NCBI GenBank assembly: GCA_963667625.1
Contig: OY763921.1
Location: 713,963 to 777,962, forward strand
DNA length: 64,000 nt
Direction of reading: 5' to 3'
Source: Thermodesulfobacteriota bacterium
GTDB lineage: Bacteria > Desulfobacterota_D > UBA1144 > Nemesobacterales > Nemesobacteraceae
Shown: one piece after another, positions 38,797 through 47,359 of the stretch
Layout of the letters: every line of letters starts with the position of its first letter
How positions within the stretch are numbered: the first letter of the stretch is position 1
Translations under genes and position numbers: made by a program
Notes under the pieces: generated by a model
Told to the model about the DNA's origin: nothing
Databases searched by the model: none
Seen by the model: the letters and a program-made list of their open reading frames with translations, nothing else

Positions 38797-39072
38797 GAGG
38801 GGAGGTCCGCGGGTGATTCCCGCATCGTAATTGTCCCGAACGATTATAACGTCAGTGGGTGACTGTGGGATGTGTTCCGCATGGCGAAGAACACAGGCCC
38901 CACTCATGGCGCCGGGACTTGTGTAGTCCTGATACTTGGCGTTAAGACAGATCTCGCAGGCAGTTCCCTCATGTTCGTGTTCCAAGGAACCGTACTCGGC
39001 CGCATGGACAAAGGAGAACATCTGCGCTCCCAGGAAAGCGATTGTCAGTAGTAAGGAAAGTGCCTTGCTCAT
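38788..39072 (-). CDS. DUF2946/CutF/CruR-like secreted leader peptide with CxxC and C-terminal RGPP
   Basis: Signal peptide ending VHA, HEHEGTACEIC, ends ITRGPPLSS*. Confidence 0.8.
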   Translation of the reverse strand: MSKALSLLLTIAFLGAQMFSFVHAAEYGSLEHEHEGTACEICLNAKYQDYTSPGAMSGACVLRHAEHIPQSPTDVIIVRDNYDAGITRGPPLSS

Positions 39073-39080
39073 CTTTATTG

Positions 39081-39105
39081 TTAAATGAGAAATATTTTCA
39101 TTTAA
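39081..39105. promoter_or_regulatory. Fur-family operator-like palindrome
   Basis: TTAAATGAGAAATATTTTCATTTAA, 8-bp perfect arms, 8 bp upstream of the leader start codon. Confidence 0.65.
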
Positions 39106-39254
39106 TTTACCTTAGAAAAAAGTGCGGTGTCAATGATGTGAACAAGGTGGAGAGGAAAACATTGGTGTTAAAATCTCTATCAGCTTGTCAAAGATTACAC
39201 AATTGTACCACGGGTATTACACACCACAGTCTCAATTAAGGCTGCTTGCAATAG

Positions 39255-40109
39255 TCAGTCATCCTCGAATTCGATTTCTCGAGCGATTACAGTTCCTGAA
39301 CTTGTTCTCGAGCCTTCGACTTCTATGCGTCTGCCGACGGCGAGGTCATTGGCATTGCCGTGCTCAAAGCGGGTTGAAGAATTGTGTATTACGAGGGTGC
39401 TGCCGAGAAGGAAGGATTGGGAGTCAACAATGCTGGTGATTCTGCCCTCAATTTCATAGTAATCATCATAATAATTGTCATCATCGTCGTCGTTATTATG
39501 GTAGTAATCATCGTCATATTCTCCATCCTCGAACTCGATTTCTCGGGCTGTTATGGTTCCCGAACTTGTTCTTGAGCCTTCGACTTCTACGCGTCTGCCG
39601 ACGGCGAGGTCATTGGTGTTGCCGTATTCAAAGCGGGTGGAGGAATCATGCGTTATCAGGGTGTTGCCCAGGAAAAAGGAACGAGAATCAACAATGCTGG
39701 TGATTGCGCCCTCGATCTCGTAATAGCCCTCGTAATCATCGTCGTAGTCTCCATCCTTAAATTCAATCTCTCGAGCTGTGGCGGTTCCCGGAGTTATTCT
39801 TGAGCCTTCGACTTCTACGCGTCTGCCGACGGCGAGGTCATTGGCGTTACCGTATTCAAAGCGGGTTGAGGAGTCGTGAATTATGAGGGTGCTGCCAAGA
39901 AAGAAGGACTGGGAGTTAACAATGCTTGTGATTGGGCCCTCGATCTCGTAATTGGAAGCGATATTTCTTAACCCCGTGTCAGTCTGTTCTGTAGGTCTTG
40001 CTGTATCGTTTGTTTCTGTGTTGTCGGTATTTCCACCGCTACAGGCTATCGCACCGAGCATGAGTAGCAAAGCTACAACTGCTAACCTTAGAGAATTGTT
40101 GATTAACAT
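39255..40109 (-). CDS. Lipoprotein with three DUF5666-like repeats
   Basis: Lipobox GAIAC; three 66-aa repeats (YEIEG.IT...FEYG...LAVGRRVEVEG...AREIEF). Confidence 0.8.
   Translation of the reverse strand: MLINNSLRLAVVALLLMLGAIACSGGNTDNTETNDTARPTEQTDTGLRNIASNYEIEGPITSIVNSQSFFLGSTLIIHDSSTRFEYGNANDLAVGRRVEVEGSRITPGTATAREIEFKDGDYDDDYEGYYEIEGAITSIVDSRSFFLGNTLITHDSSTRFEYGNTNDLAVGRRVEVEGSRTSSGTITAREIEFEDGEYDDDYYHNNDDDDDNYYDDYYEIEGRITSIVDSQSFLLGSTLVIHNSSTRFEHGNANDLAVGRRIEVEGSRTSSGTVIAREIEFEDD
39261..39950 (-). repeat. Three ~198-bp intragenic direct repeats
   Basis: Units 39753-39950, 39525-39722, 39261-39458 share long identical DNA runs such as GAGCCTTCGACTTCTA(C/T)GCGTCTGCCGACGGCGAGGTCATTGG. 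Confidence 0.9.
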
Positions 40110-40315
40110 ATGTCACCTGCTCAATTTTCTTTCTAGTTATATTATACTTCTCTAATATTCTGGGTGCAACTTTCTTGAGCATTCTATTGTCGCCTCTCTT
40201 TCTGCTGGAATTTGCGGAAAGCTTAGATGGATGGATTCAACCCCCGTCCGTTCTGTTGAGTATCTTCACTGTTTGAGTAACATTACCGCCACGCATCGAC
40301 TTATCGGAGGTTAAA

Positions 40316-41317
40316 GTGAGCGGAAGACCCATTCTGGTTACCGGAGACAGGCCGACCGGGAAACTTCATTTAGGACACCTTGTGGGTTCGCTTCAAAACC
40401 GCATCAGGTTTCAGAGCGAATACGACTGCTTTTTTCTGGTTGCCAACCTCCACATGCTTACCACCCATTACGACAGGGCCGTAGAGGTTGAGGAAAACAC
40501 TATCGAGATGGTGTGCGACTGGCTTTCTGTGGGAATGGACCCTGAGAGCTCGGTTTTCTATGTCCAGTCCCAAGTGCCGCAGATAACTGAACTCTCAACC
40601 ATACTCTCGATGCTTTGCCCCGTGCCGAGACTCCAGAGAATCCCCACCCTTAAGGAGAAAATTCAGGATATGGGAGTGGGGGACAACTATTCGGCCGGGC
40701 TTCTCGGATACCCCGTGCTCATGGCGGCCGACATACTGATGTTCCGGGCGACCAAAGTTCCGGTGGGCGAAGACCAGCTCAGTCACGTGGAGCTCACAAG
40801 GGAGCTTGCCAGGAGGTTTAATTTCCTCTACGGCGATTACTTCGGGGAGCCTGAACCGCTCATCAGCGAAGCGTCCCGCCTCGTAGGGACCGACGGGAAC
40901 AGGAAGATGAGCAAGAGCCTTAACAACTGCATATACCTCAGCGACAGCGAGAAGGAAGTTGAGAGTAAGGTAAGGAGTATGTATACAGACCCGAAGAGAA
41001 TAAGGGCCGACATACCGGGCACCGTGGAAGGCAACCCGGTTTTTATCTACCACGATCTTTTCAACGACGATGCCTCGGAAATTGAGGATCTCAAGGACCG
41101 CTACAGGACCGGAAACGTCGGGGATGTCGAGGTGAAGAAGAAACTCGCCCGCGCCATAAATCTCCTCCTTGAGCCCATCAGGGAAAAAAGAGCGCAGTAC
41201 GAAGGAAGGACGGACGAGGTAAGGGACATACTCCATGAGGGGACTCTCAAGGCGAAGCGGATAGCCGAAGAGAACATGGAGGAGATAAAGGAGAAGGTTG
41301 GTCTTTTCCGTACGTAG
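40316..41317 (+). CDS. trpS: Tryptophan--tRNA ligase
   Basis: [35 protein letters not shown]. Confidence 0.97.
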   Translation: MSGRPILVTGDRPTGKLHLGHLVGSLQNRIRFQSEYDCFFLVANLHMLTTHYDRAVEVEENTIEMVCDWLSVGMDPESSVFYVQSQVPQITELSTILSMLCPVPRLQRIPTLKEKIQDMGVGDNYSAGLLGYPVLMAADILMFRATKVPVGEDQLSHVELTRELARRFNFLYGDYFGEPEPLISEASRLVGTDGNRKMSKSLNNCIYLSDSEKEVESKVRSMYTDPKRIRADIPGTVEGNPVFIYHDLFNDDASEIEDLKDRYRTGNVGDVEVKKKLARAINLLLEPIREKRAQYEGRTDEVRDILHEGTLKAKRIAEENMEEIKEKVGLFRT

Positions 41318-41420
41318 GTCCCCGCGTGTTTGTTGACAGAGACGCGGTCTGTTCTATATCCTGCTTAAATAAATTGTTTGTGTTTAAGGCGTTTTTCGCG
41401 ACGGAAGAGGATATAGCAAG

Positions 41421-42620
41421 ATGAACTCCATCGAAGAAATTATTGATGACGTAAAACAGGGCAACCTCGTAATACTGGTTGATGACGAAGACAGGGAGAA
41501 CGAGGGAGATTTCGTCATACCCGCCGAGAATGCTACTGCGGAAATGATCAATTTTATGGCCACTCATGGCCGCGGTCTTATCTGTCTCTCCCTTACCCAG
41601 GAAGACGCTAACCGTCTGTCTCTTCAGCCCATAAAGCCCGAGTACAACGAAGCCCCCGAGCACACGGCTTTCACCGTGCCCATAGATGCGAAAAAGGGAG
41701 TTACGACCGGCATATCAACCCATGACAGGGCCTCAACGATAAGACAGGCGATATCACAGAATTCCAGACCTGAGGATTTCGTGCGTCCCGGACACATTTT
41801 TCCGCTTATAGCGAAAAAGGGAGGGGTGCTTGTCCGTGCCGGCCACACGGAGGGCTCAGTCGACATATCGCGGCTGGCGGGTTTCCACCCGGCGTCGGTT
41901 ATCTGTGAGATAATGAAGGAAAACGGTGACATGGCGCGTCTTGAAGACCTGATGGCTTTCTCCGAAAAGCACGGCATAAAGATCGCCACTATTGCCGATC
42001 TGATAAGGTACAGGATAGGCAAGGAGAGTTTCGTGCGAAGGGTGGCCGAGGCGGAAGTGCCTACAGAATATGGGGTTTTCCGTGCCATCGCTTTTGAAAA
42101 TGAAATAGACGGTCTTCAGCACATGGCCTTTGTGAAGGGGAAACTCAGCCCCGAGGAGGGGACACTCGTAAGGGTGCACTCCGACTGTGCCATAAGCGAT
42201 ATTTTCGGTTCGCTTTACTGCCACAGCAGGGCAAAGCTCATCCAGTCCCTAAAGATGATAGAGGCAAACGGCTCCGGGGTTCTTGTTTACATAAACCAGG
42301 AGTCAAGCAACGGGGGATTCGCGAAAAAGATAACGCGCTATTCAAACGGAAAAATAAGGGAGGCGCCCGCGCTTGTTCCCGAAAGGCAGGAACTCAAAGC
42401 GGAACTCAGGCATTACGGAGTGGGAGCCCAGATACTCAGGGATCTTGGAGTGCGCGACATAAGGCTTCTCACTAACAATCCGATAAAGGTAAAGGGGCTT
42501 GAAGGATTCGGGCTCAGAATGGTAGGGAGCGTTCCCATAGACATTTCGGATTACAGGGAAAAGGAAATTGCCATGGGAAAAAGCGCGGATTACGGTAATA
42601 TTGTTTCAATATCAAAGTAA
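41421..42620 (+). CDS. ribBA: DHBP synthase fused to a degenerate GTP cyclohydrolase II domain (RibBA/RibBX)
   Basis: DDEDRENEGD, GHTE, ICEI; RVHSDC...CHS, YGVGAQIL, LLTNNP. Confidence 0.88.
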   Translation: MNSIEEIIDDVKQGNLVILVDDEDRENEGDFVIPAENATAEMINFMATHGRGLICLSLTQEDANRLSLQPIKPEYNEAPEHTAFTVPIDAKKGVTTGISTHDRASTIRQAISQNSRPEDFVRPGHIFPLIAKKGGVLVRAGHTEGSVDISRLAGFHPASVICEIMKENGDMARLEDLMAFSEKHGIKIATIADLIRYRIGKESFVRRVAEAEVPTEYGVFRAIAFENEIDGLQHMAFVKGKLSPEEGTLVRVHSDCAISDIFGSLYCHSRAKLIQSLKMIEANGSGVLVYINQESSNGGFAKKITRYSNGKIREAPALVPERQELKAELRHYGVGAQILRDLGVRDIRLLTNNPIKVKGLEGFGLRMVGSVPIDISDYREKEIAMGKSADYGNIVSISK

Positions 42621-42631
42621 GAGGGGAGCAG

Positions 42632-43099
42632 ATGCCTGAAATGATAGAAGGAAAACTGAGCGCCGGGAAATTCCGCTTCGCCATCGTGTCAAGCAGGGTT
42701 AACAGTTTCGTCACGAACCCGATGACGGAGGGAGCGGTTGACACCCTCGTTCGCCACGGCGCGAGTGAGAGGTCAATAGACGTGATAAAGGTGCCGGGTT
42801 CTTTCGAGGTGCCTTTGGCGGTGAAAAAAGCGGCGCTGTCGGGAAAATACGATGCCGTCGTGGCGGTCGGAGCCATAATAAGGGGACAGACCTCCCATTT
42901 TGATTTTCTCGCCTCTCAGGTGACAAAGGATCTCTCCGCGGTCGCACTTGAGACCGGAGTGCCCGTCTGCTGCGGCATAATAACCACGGAAACCACCGAA
43001 CAGGCCATCGAAAGGGCAGGGGTCAAGGCAGGGAACAGGGGAAGCGAGGCCGCACTTAGCGCGCTTGAGATGGTTAATCTCGTAAAAGCGCTTTCCTAG
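42632..43099 (+). CDS. ribH: 6,7-dimethyl-8-ribityllumazine synthase
   Basis: VPGSFEVP, GAIIRGQTSHFD, ERAGVKAGNRG. Confidence 0.96.
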   Translation: MPEMIEGKLSAGKFRFAIVSSRVNSFVTNPMTEGAVDTLVRHGASERSIDVIKVPGSFEVPLAVKKAALSGKYDAVVAVGAIIRGQTSHFDFLASQVTKDLSAVALETGVPVCCGIITTETTEQAIERAGVKAGNRGSEAALSALEMVNLVKALS

Positions 43100-43108
43100 A
43101 TTTTCCAG

Positions 43109-43564
43109 ATGGGGAAGAGAAGGCTATCAAGAAAAACCGCCCTTCAGTTTCTCTATCAGGCTGACTCGGCGTCCGGCGAAGTTTACCCCAAGACATCCGA
43201 CCTGCGCTCCAAATTTAAATCATTCTGTTCATTTCATCACGAAACGGCGGACGGTGAAATACTTGAATTCGCGTTTGCGCTCTGCCGGGGCGTTTTTGAG
43301 AATCTTGACACCATAGACGGCATCGTTAACGGGTGCTCTGAGCACTGGAAGGTGTCGAGAATGTCCATGATAGACAGGAACATTCTGCGCCTCTCGGTTT
43401 ATGAGATAGTCTTCTTGAGCGACATACCTCTGCCTGTTACTATAAACGAGGCGATTGAAGTGGCCAAGGAGTTCGGGTCGGAGACCTCCGCCGCGTTTAT
43501 AAACGGCATTCTCGACAAGATAGGGAAAGACATGGAAGCTGGCGAGTTAAGCGATGATAAGTGA
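43109..43564 (+). CDS. nusB: Transcription antitermination factor NusB
   Basis: RRLSR..ALQFLY, IDRNILR, INEAIEVAKEFG, FINGILD. Confidence 0.96.
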   Translation: MGKRRLSRKTALQFLYQADSASGEVYPKTSDLRSKFKSFCSFHHETADGEILEFAFALCRGVFENLDTIDGIVNGCSEHWKVSRMSMIDRNILRLSVYEIVFLSDIPLPVTINEAIEVAKEFGSETSAAFINGILDKIGKDMEAGELSDDK

Positions 43565-44588
43565 AGTGATTTCAAAGCTTGTGGAAGGCGGGGACCTCTC
43601 GGAAAAAGAAGTGACCGCGGTCTTTGACCTTATGATGGAGGGGGAACTTCCCGAAAGCCAGATGGCTGCCTTTCTTACGGCGCTTCGCATGAAGGGGGAA
43701 ACCGTTTCCGAGATAACCGGCGTGGCGAAGGCCCTTTTGGGTAAGGCCGAGAAGATAGACTGCGACCGGGAAACCGCCGTGGATCTCTGCGGGACCGGTG
43801 GAGACGGAAGCGGGACGTTTAACATATCCACGACTGCTGCCTTCATAGTCTCCGGAGCCGGAGTCACGGTCGCAAAACACGGCAACAGGTCGGTTTCAAG
43901 CCCGGTCGGAAGCGCGGATGTGCTGGAGGCCCTTGGAGTGAAAATAGGTATCTCCCCGGCTCTGGCGCAGAAATGTCTTTCGGATGCGGGCATAGCTTTT
44001 CTTTTCGCTCCCGTATATCACCCCGCCATGAGAAACGTAGCCAAGTGCAGAAAGGAGCTCGGAATAAGGACCGTTTTCAACTTGATAGGTCCGGTGGTAA
44101 ATCCCGCGGGAGTGAGAAATCAGGTCATGGGAGTCTACTCTCCGCATCTCCTCGTTCCTGTTACCGAGGTGCTTAAAAACTTGGGTTCACAAAATGTCAT
44201 GGTGGTTCATGGTGAAGGGTGCATGGACGAGATAACCGTTACGGGGAGTACGAAAGTGGCCGAGCTTCGCGATGGAGAAATCAGCGAGTACGATCTGCAC
44301 CCTGAAGATTTTGCCGTAAAAACCCGCTCGCACGAAGAACTCAGGGGTGGCGTGAGCGCAGCCGAAAACGCGGAGATAACCCTTTCCGTGCTGAGGGGAG
44401 GAGAGAACGGTGCGAAAACAGACGCGAGTCTGCTTAACGCTATGGCGGCCATATACGTTTCGGGCAAGGCGGCGAGCCTTGCGGAAGCGCTTGTTCTGGC
44501 CAAAGATTCTCTTTCAAGCGGCGCAGCGCTTGGAAAGCTTGAGATGCTGATCGAGATTACCAACCGGAACCAGCCGAATGATTCTTGA
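43554..44588 (+). CDS. trpD: Anthranilate phosphoribosyltransferase
   Basis: DLCGTGGDG, FNIST, KHGNRSVSS, RTVFNLIGP. Confidence 0.97.
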   Translation: MISEVISKLVEGGDLSEKEVTAVFDLMMEGELPESQMAAFLTALRMKGETVSEITGVAKALLGKAEKIDCDRETAVDLCGTGGDGSGTFNISTTAAFIVSGAGVTVAKHGNRSVSSPVGSADVLEALGVKIGISPALAQKCLSDAGIAFLFAPVYHPAMRNVAKCRKELGIRTVFNLIGPVVNPAGVRNQVMGVYSPHLLVPVTEVLKNLGSQNVMVVHGEGCMDEITVTGSTKVAELRDGEISEYDLHPEDFAVKTRSHEELRGGVSAAENAEITLSVLRGGENGAKTDASLLNAMAAIYVSGKAASLAEALVLAKDSLSSGAALGKLEMLIEITNRNQPNDS

Positions 44589-45351
44589 CGACATAGTCGC
44601 GTATAAAAGGCATGAACTAGATGAGGCGAAAAAAAAGTTTTCGCTTGGAGAACTTGTGTCCGCCGCCGCGGACCGTCCGCCGGCCATTGATTTTGCCGCT
44701 CTTCACGCAGAGACCCGGGGGGTGAAAATAATATCGGAAATAAAACGCGCTTCTCCTTCCAAAGGCGTCATAAGGGATGATTTCGATCATTTCTCTATTG
44801 CCAGGGAGTATGAAGCCTCTGGGGCTTTCGCGCTTTCGGTTCTTACCGACCGCAAGTTCTTCGGGGGCGATATTTCCTACCTGTCAGATATAAGAACTCA
44901 CTCGGCGCTTCCGATTCTTAGAAAAGATTTCACCATAGATCCCTACCAGGTCTATGAGGCAAGGTGTTACGGGGCTGACCTCGTGCTTCTCATAGTCGCC
45001 GTATTGGACCGCGGGCAAATAGAGGAATATCTTTCTCTGGCGCGTTCCCTGGGGATGAACTGCATCGTGGAGGTGCACGGCGAAGAGGAACTCGAGACCG
45101 CTCTTTTGGCGGGAAGCGAGATAATCGGCATAAATAACAGGGACCTTCGGACATTCGACGTTTCGCTTGACGTGTCAAAGAGACTTTCCGGCATGGTTCC
45201 CGAAGGGAAAATCATAATAAGCGAAAGTGGCATATCGTCGGTCAGGGACATGGAAGGACTTATGGCCTGCGGTATAGACACTTTTCTTATAGGAGAAACA
45301 TTTATGAAGGCTAAAAGCCCAGGGGAAGCCCTTCGCGGGTTTCTCTGTTGA
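44578..45351 (+). CDS. trpC: Indole-3-glycerol phosphate synthase
   Basis: ISEIKRASPSKG, SVLTD, LRKDF, GINNRDL, SESGI. Confidence 0.97.
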   Translation: MILDDIVAYKRHELDEAKKKFSLGELVSAAADRPPAIDFAALHAETRGVKIISEIKRASPSKGVIRDDFDHFSIAREYEASGAFALSVLTDRKFFGGDISYLSDIRTHSALPILRKDFTIDPYQVYEARCYGADLVLLIVAVLDRGQIEEYLSLARSLGMNCIVEVHGEEELETALLAGSEIIGINNRDLRTFDVSLDVSKRLSGMVPEGKIIISESGISSVRDMEGLMACGIDTFLIGETFMKAKSPGEALRGFLC

Positions 45352-45695
45352 TGGAGTGCTTGTGGAGCATGCGTGGAGAAGGAAGAAAAAAACCCTGGCT
45401 GGCAGTTCTGCTTTCCCTTTTTTTCCCGGGACTGGGACAGCTCTACAACGGGCAGTTCGCTAAGGCCATCTCGATATTCGCCCTTATAATCATAGTGAAC
45501 GTCCTCTCGCGTGAACCGCTTGAGGTTTTCCTTGAGTTTGCGGACACCCAGGCGCTTGAAGATGTTCCCCGCTCTACATTTACTCTTGTTGCGGGGTATT
45601 CTCTTGCGACGCTTTTCATCGCGGGGATATCAATTTACGACGCGAACGCGACGGCCAGGAAAATAAATCTTGATATTGAAGAAAAACAGCTTTGA
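45348..45695 (+). CDS. Small membrane protein (TM2/DUF5683-like; start uncertain)
   Basis: KKPWLAVLLSLFFPGLGQLYNGQ. Confidence 0.65.
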   Translation: MMECLWSMRGEGRKKPWLAVLLSLFFPGLGQLYNGQFAKAISIFALIIIVNVLSREPLEVFLEFADTQALEDVPRSTFTLVAGYSLATLFIAGISIYDANATARKINLDIEEKQL

Positions 45696-45710
45696 GGAGG
45701 AAAAAACCAG

Positions 45711-46223
45711 ATGCAAAGAGAAAATGCTGTAAAAATGAAGGGCAATCCGATCACTCTTATCGGTCCCGAGCTCAAAAAAGGTGATCCCGCTCCCGATTTC
45801 AGGTGCATGGAGGCTTTTGGGAGCGAGGTAGACCTTGGGAGCTTTGGTGACGACGTGAAGGTTTTCAACGTCGTGGTCTCGGTGGACACTCCGGTCTGCG
45901 ATGTTCAGATAAGGAGGTTCAACGAGGAAGCCGCAGGGCTTTCGGACTCGGTACAGATAATAACGGTGAGCATGGATCTTCCGTTTGCGCAGAGCCGCTA
46001 CTGCGCGGCCGCCGGAGTGGAGAGGGTAAGAACGGCATCTGATTACCAGCACGCTTCTTTCGGCGAGGCCTACGGGGTGCTTATAAAGGAGAACAGGCTC
46101 CTTGCCCGCGCGATTTTCGTTGTGGGTCCCGATAACACGCTCGCTCATGTTGAATACGTAGGCGATATAGTGAACGAGCCTGATTACGATGCGGCGCTTG
46201 CGGCGATAAGATCAATAGGATAG
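45711..46223 (+). CDS. tpx: Thiol peroxidase
   Basis: KGNPITLIG, SVDTPVC, SMDLPFAQSRYC, LLARA. Confidence 0.94.
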   Translation: MQRENAVKMKGNPITLIGPELKKGDPAPDFRCMEAFGSEVDLGSFGDDVKVFNVVVSVDTPVCDVQIRRFNEEAAGLSDSVQIITVSMDLPFAQSRYCAAAGVERVRTASDYQHASFGEAYGVLIKENRLLARAIFVVGPDNTLAHVEYVGDIVNEPDYDAALAAIRSIG

Positions 46224-46238
46224 GGGAGAGGAACGACC

Positions 46239-46496
46239 ATGGAGTTTATTGGACTGGCGATCGCGTTTATAGCGGCTTTCTGGGTTTATTCGGATGCGAA
46301 AAGCAGGGGCAAGACCACTGGGAAGGCGTTTTTATGGTTCCTCGGCGTGTTCTTTGTCCTCATACTGTTTCTGCCGCTTTGGCTCATTACGAGGCCTAAG
46401 GTAAAGCTTTGTCCTTACTGTGGCGAATATTACGAATATGGAGAGTCTGATAGTTTCTGTCCCAGATGCGGTGTTGAGTTGCAGGCCGGGGAATGA
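46239..46496 (+). CDS. Membrane protein with C-terminal zinc ribbon
   Basis: Two TM segments followed by CPYC...CPRC. Confidence 0.7.
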   Translation: MEFIGLAIAFIAAFWVYSDAKSRGKTTGKAFLWFLGVFFVLILFLPLWLITRPKVKLCPYCGEYYEYGESDSFCPRCGVELQAGE

Positions 46497-46523
46497 TATT
46501 TTTTAAGTTGAGGTGTCTTTTCG

Positions 46524-46847
46524 ATGAGCGAGACGACTGAAAAGTCCGAAGTTACTGAAGATGACGTGATGGAGGTGCTCGGCGACATATACGATCCCGA
46601 GATACCGATAGATATAGTCAATCTGGGCCTTGTCTACGGTGTTGCCATAGAAGGTTCCCGGGTGAATATCGATATGACGATGACGTCTCCCGGATGTCCT
46701 GCCGCAACGCAGATAGTTGCCGAGGCAAAATACCTTGTCGAGGAGCTTGACGGAGTCTCCGAGGTAAATGTCGAGATTGTGTGGGACCCACCCTGGGATC
46801 CGGGAAAGATGAGCGAAGCGGCAAAGGAAAGCCTGGGGATGTTCTGA
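46524..46847 (+). CDS. DUF59/SufT (MIP18) Fe-S assembly protein
   Basis: DPEIPIDIVNLGLVY, MTMTSPGCP, WDPPW. Confidence 0.9.
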   Translation: MSETTEKSEVTEDDVMEVLGDIYDPEIPIDIVNLGLVYGVAIEGSRVNIDMTMTSPGCPAATQIVAEAKYLVEELDGVSEVNVEIVWDPPWDPGKMSEAAKESLGMF

Positions 46848-46890
46848 TTTCCCGTGCCTTGTTGCCGTGCCGTGACCAAGGAGGTTAGAA

Positions 46891-47349
46891 ATGGGAGAGA
46901 ATCTTGAGATAGGGAGCCGGGCTCCTGATTTTGAAGCTGAAACCTACGGAGCGGAGAAGGTAAGACTGAGCGACTTCTATTCGAAAGGGACCGTAGCGCT
47001 TTATTTCTATCCTAGGGACAACACTCCGGGCTGTACTAAGGAGGCCTGCTCGCTTCGCGACGCGGAGGAGGAACTTGTGTCCCTTGGTGTGCAGGTTCTG
47101 GGGGTAAGCACAGACGGGGTAAAGTCCCACGAGAACTTCAGAAACAAGCTTTCACTCAACTTCCCGCTGCTAAGCGACAAAAGCAGGGAGATAGTGGATC
47201 TATACGGGGTAGAGAGCAAGTTCGGTTCCGCCCGCAGGGTCACTTTCCTTATAGAAAAAGGCGGCAGGATAGCCCATATCTGGAACAAGGTGAAGACCTC
47301 GTCTCACGCCGGAGAGGTAACCGAGAAGGTAAGAGAACTGGGTTTGTAG
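46891..47349 (+). CDS. bcp: Peroxiredoxin Bcp/PrxQ
   Basis: YFYPRDNTPGCTKEAC. Confidence 0.93.
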   Translation: MGENLEIGSRAPDFEAETYGAEKVRLSDFYSKGTVALYFYPRDNTPGCTKEACSLRDAEEELVSLGVQVLGVSTDGVKSHENFRNKLSLNFPLLSDKSREIVDLYGVESKFGSARRVTFLIEKGGRIAHIWNKVKTSSHAGEVTEKVRELGL

Positions 47350-47359
47350 TTTCCCTGCC

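Noticed and set aside
39261-39950. Repeats as a CRISPR array
   Set aside because: Units are ~198 bp, in-frame and protein-coding, and no cas genes are present.
40228-40252. GGATTCAACCCCCG as an attR copy of the tRNA-Arg 3' end
   Set aside because: Similarity to GGTTCGAATCCCTCCGGGCGCGCCA is too weak.
40110-41420. T-box before trpS and FMN riboswitch before ribBA
   Set aside because: No T-box AGGGTGGNACCGCG or RFN consensus; the ribBA leader is only about 100 bp.
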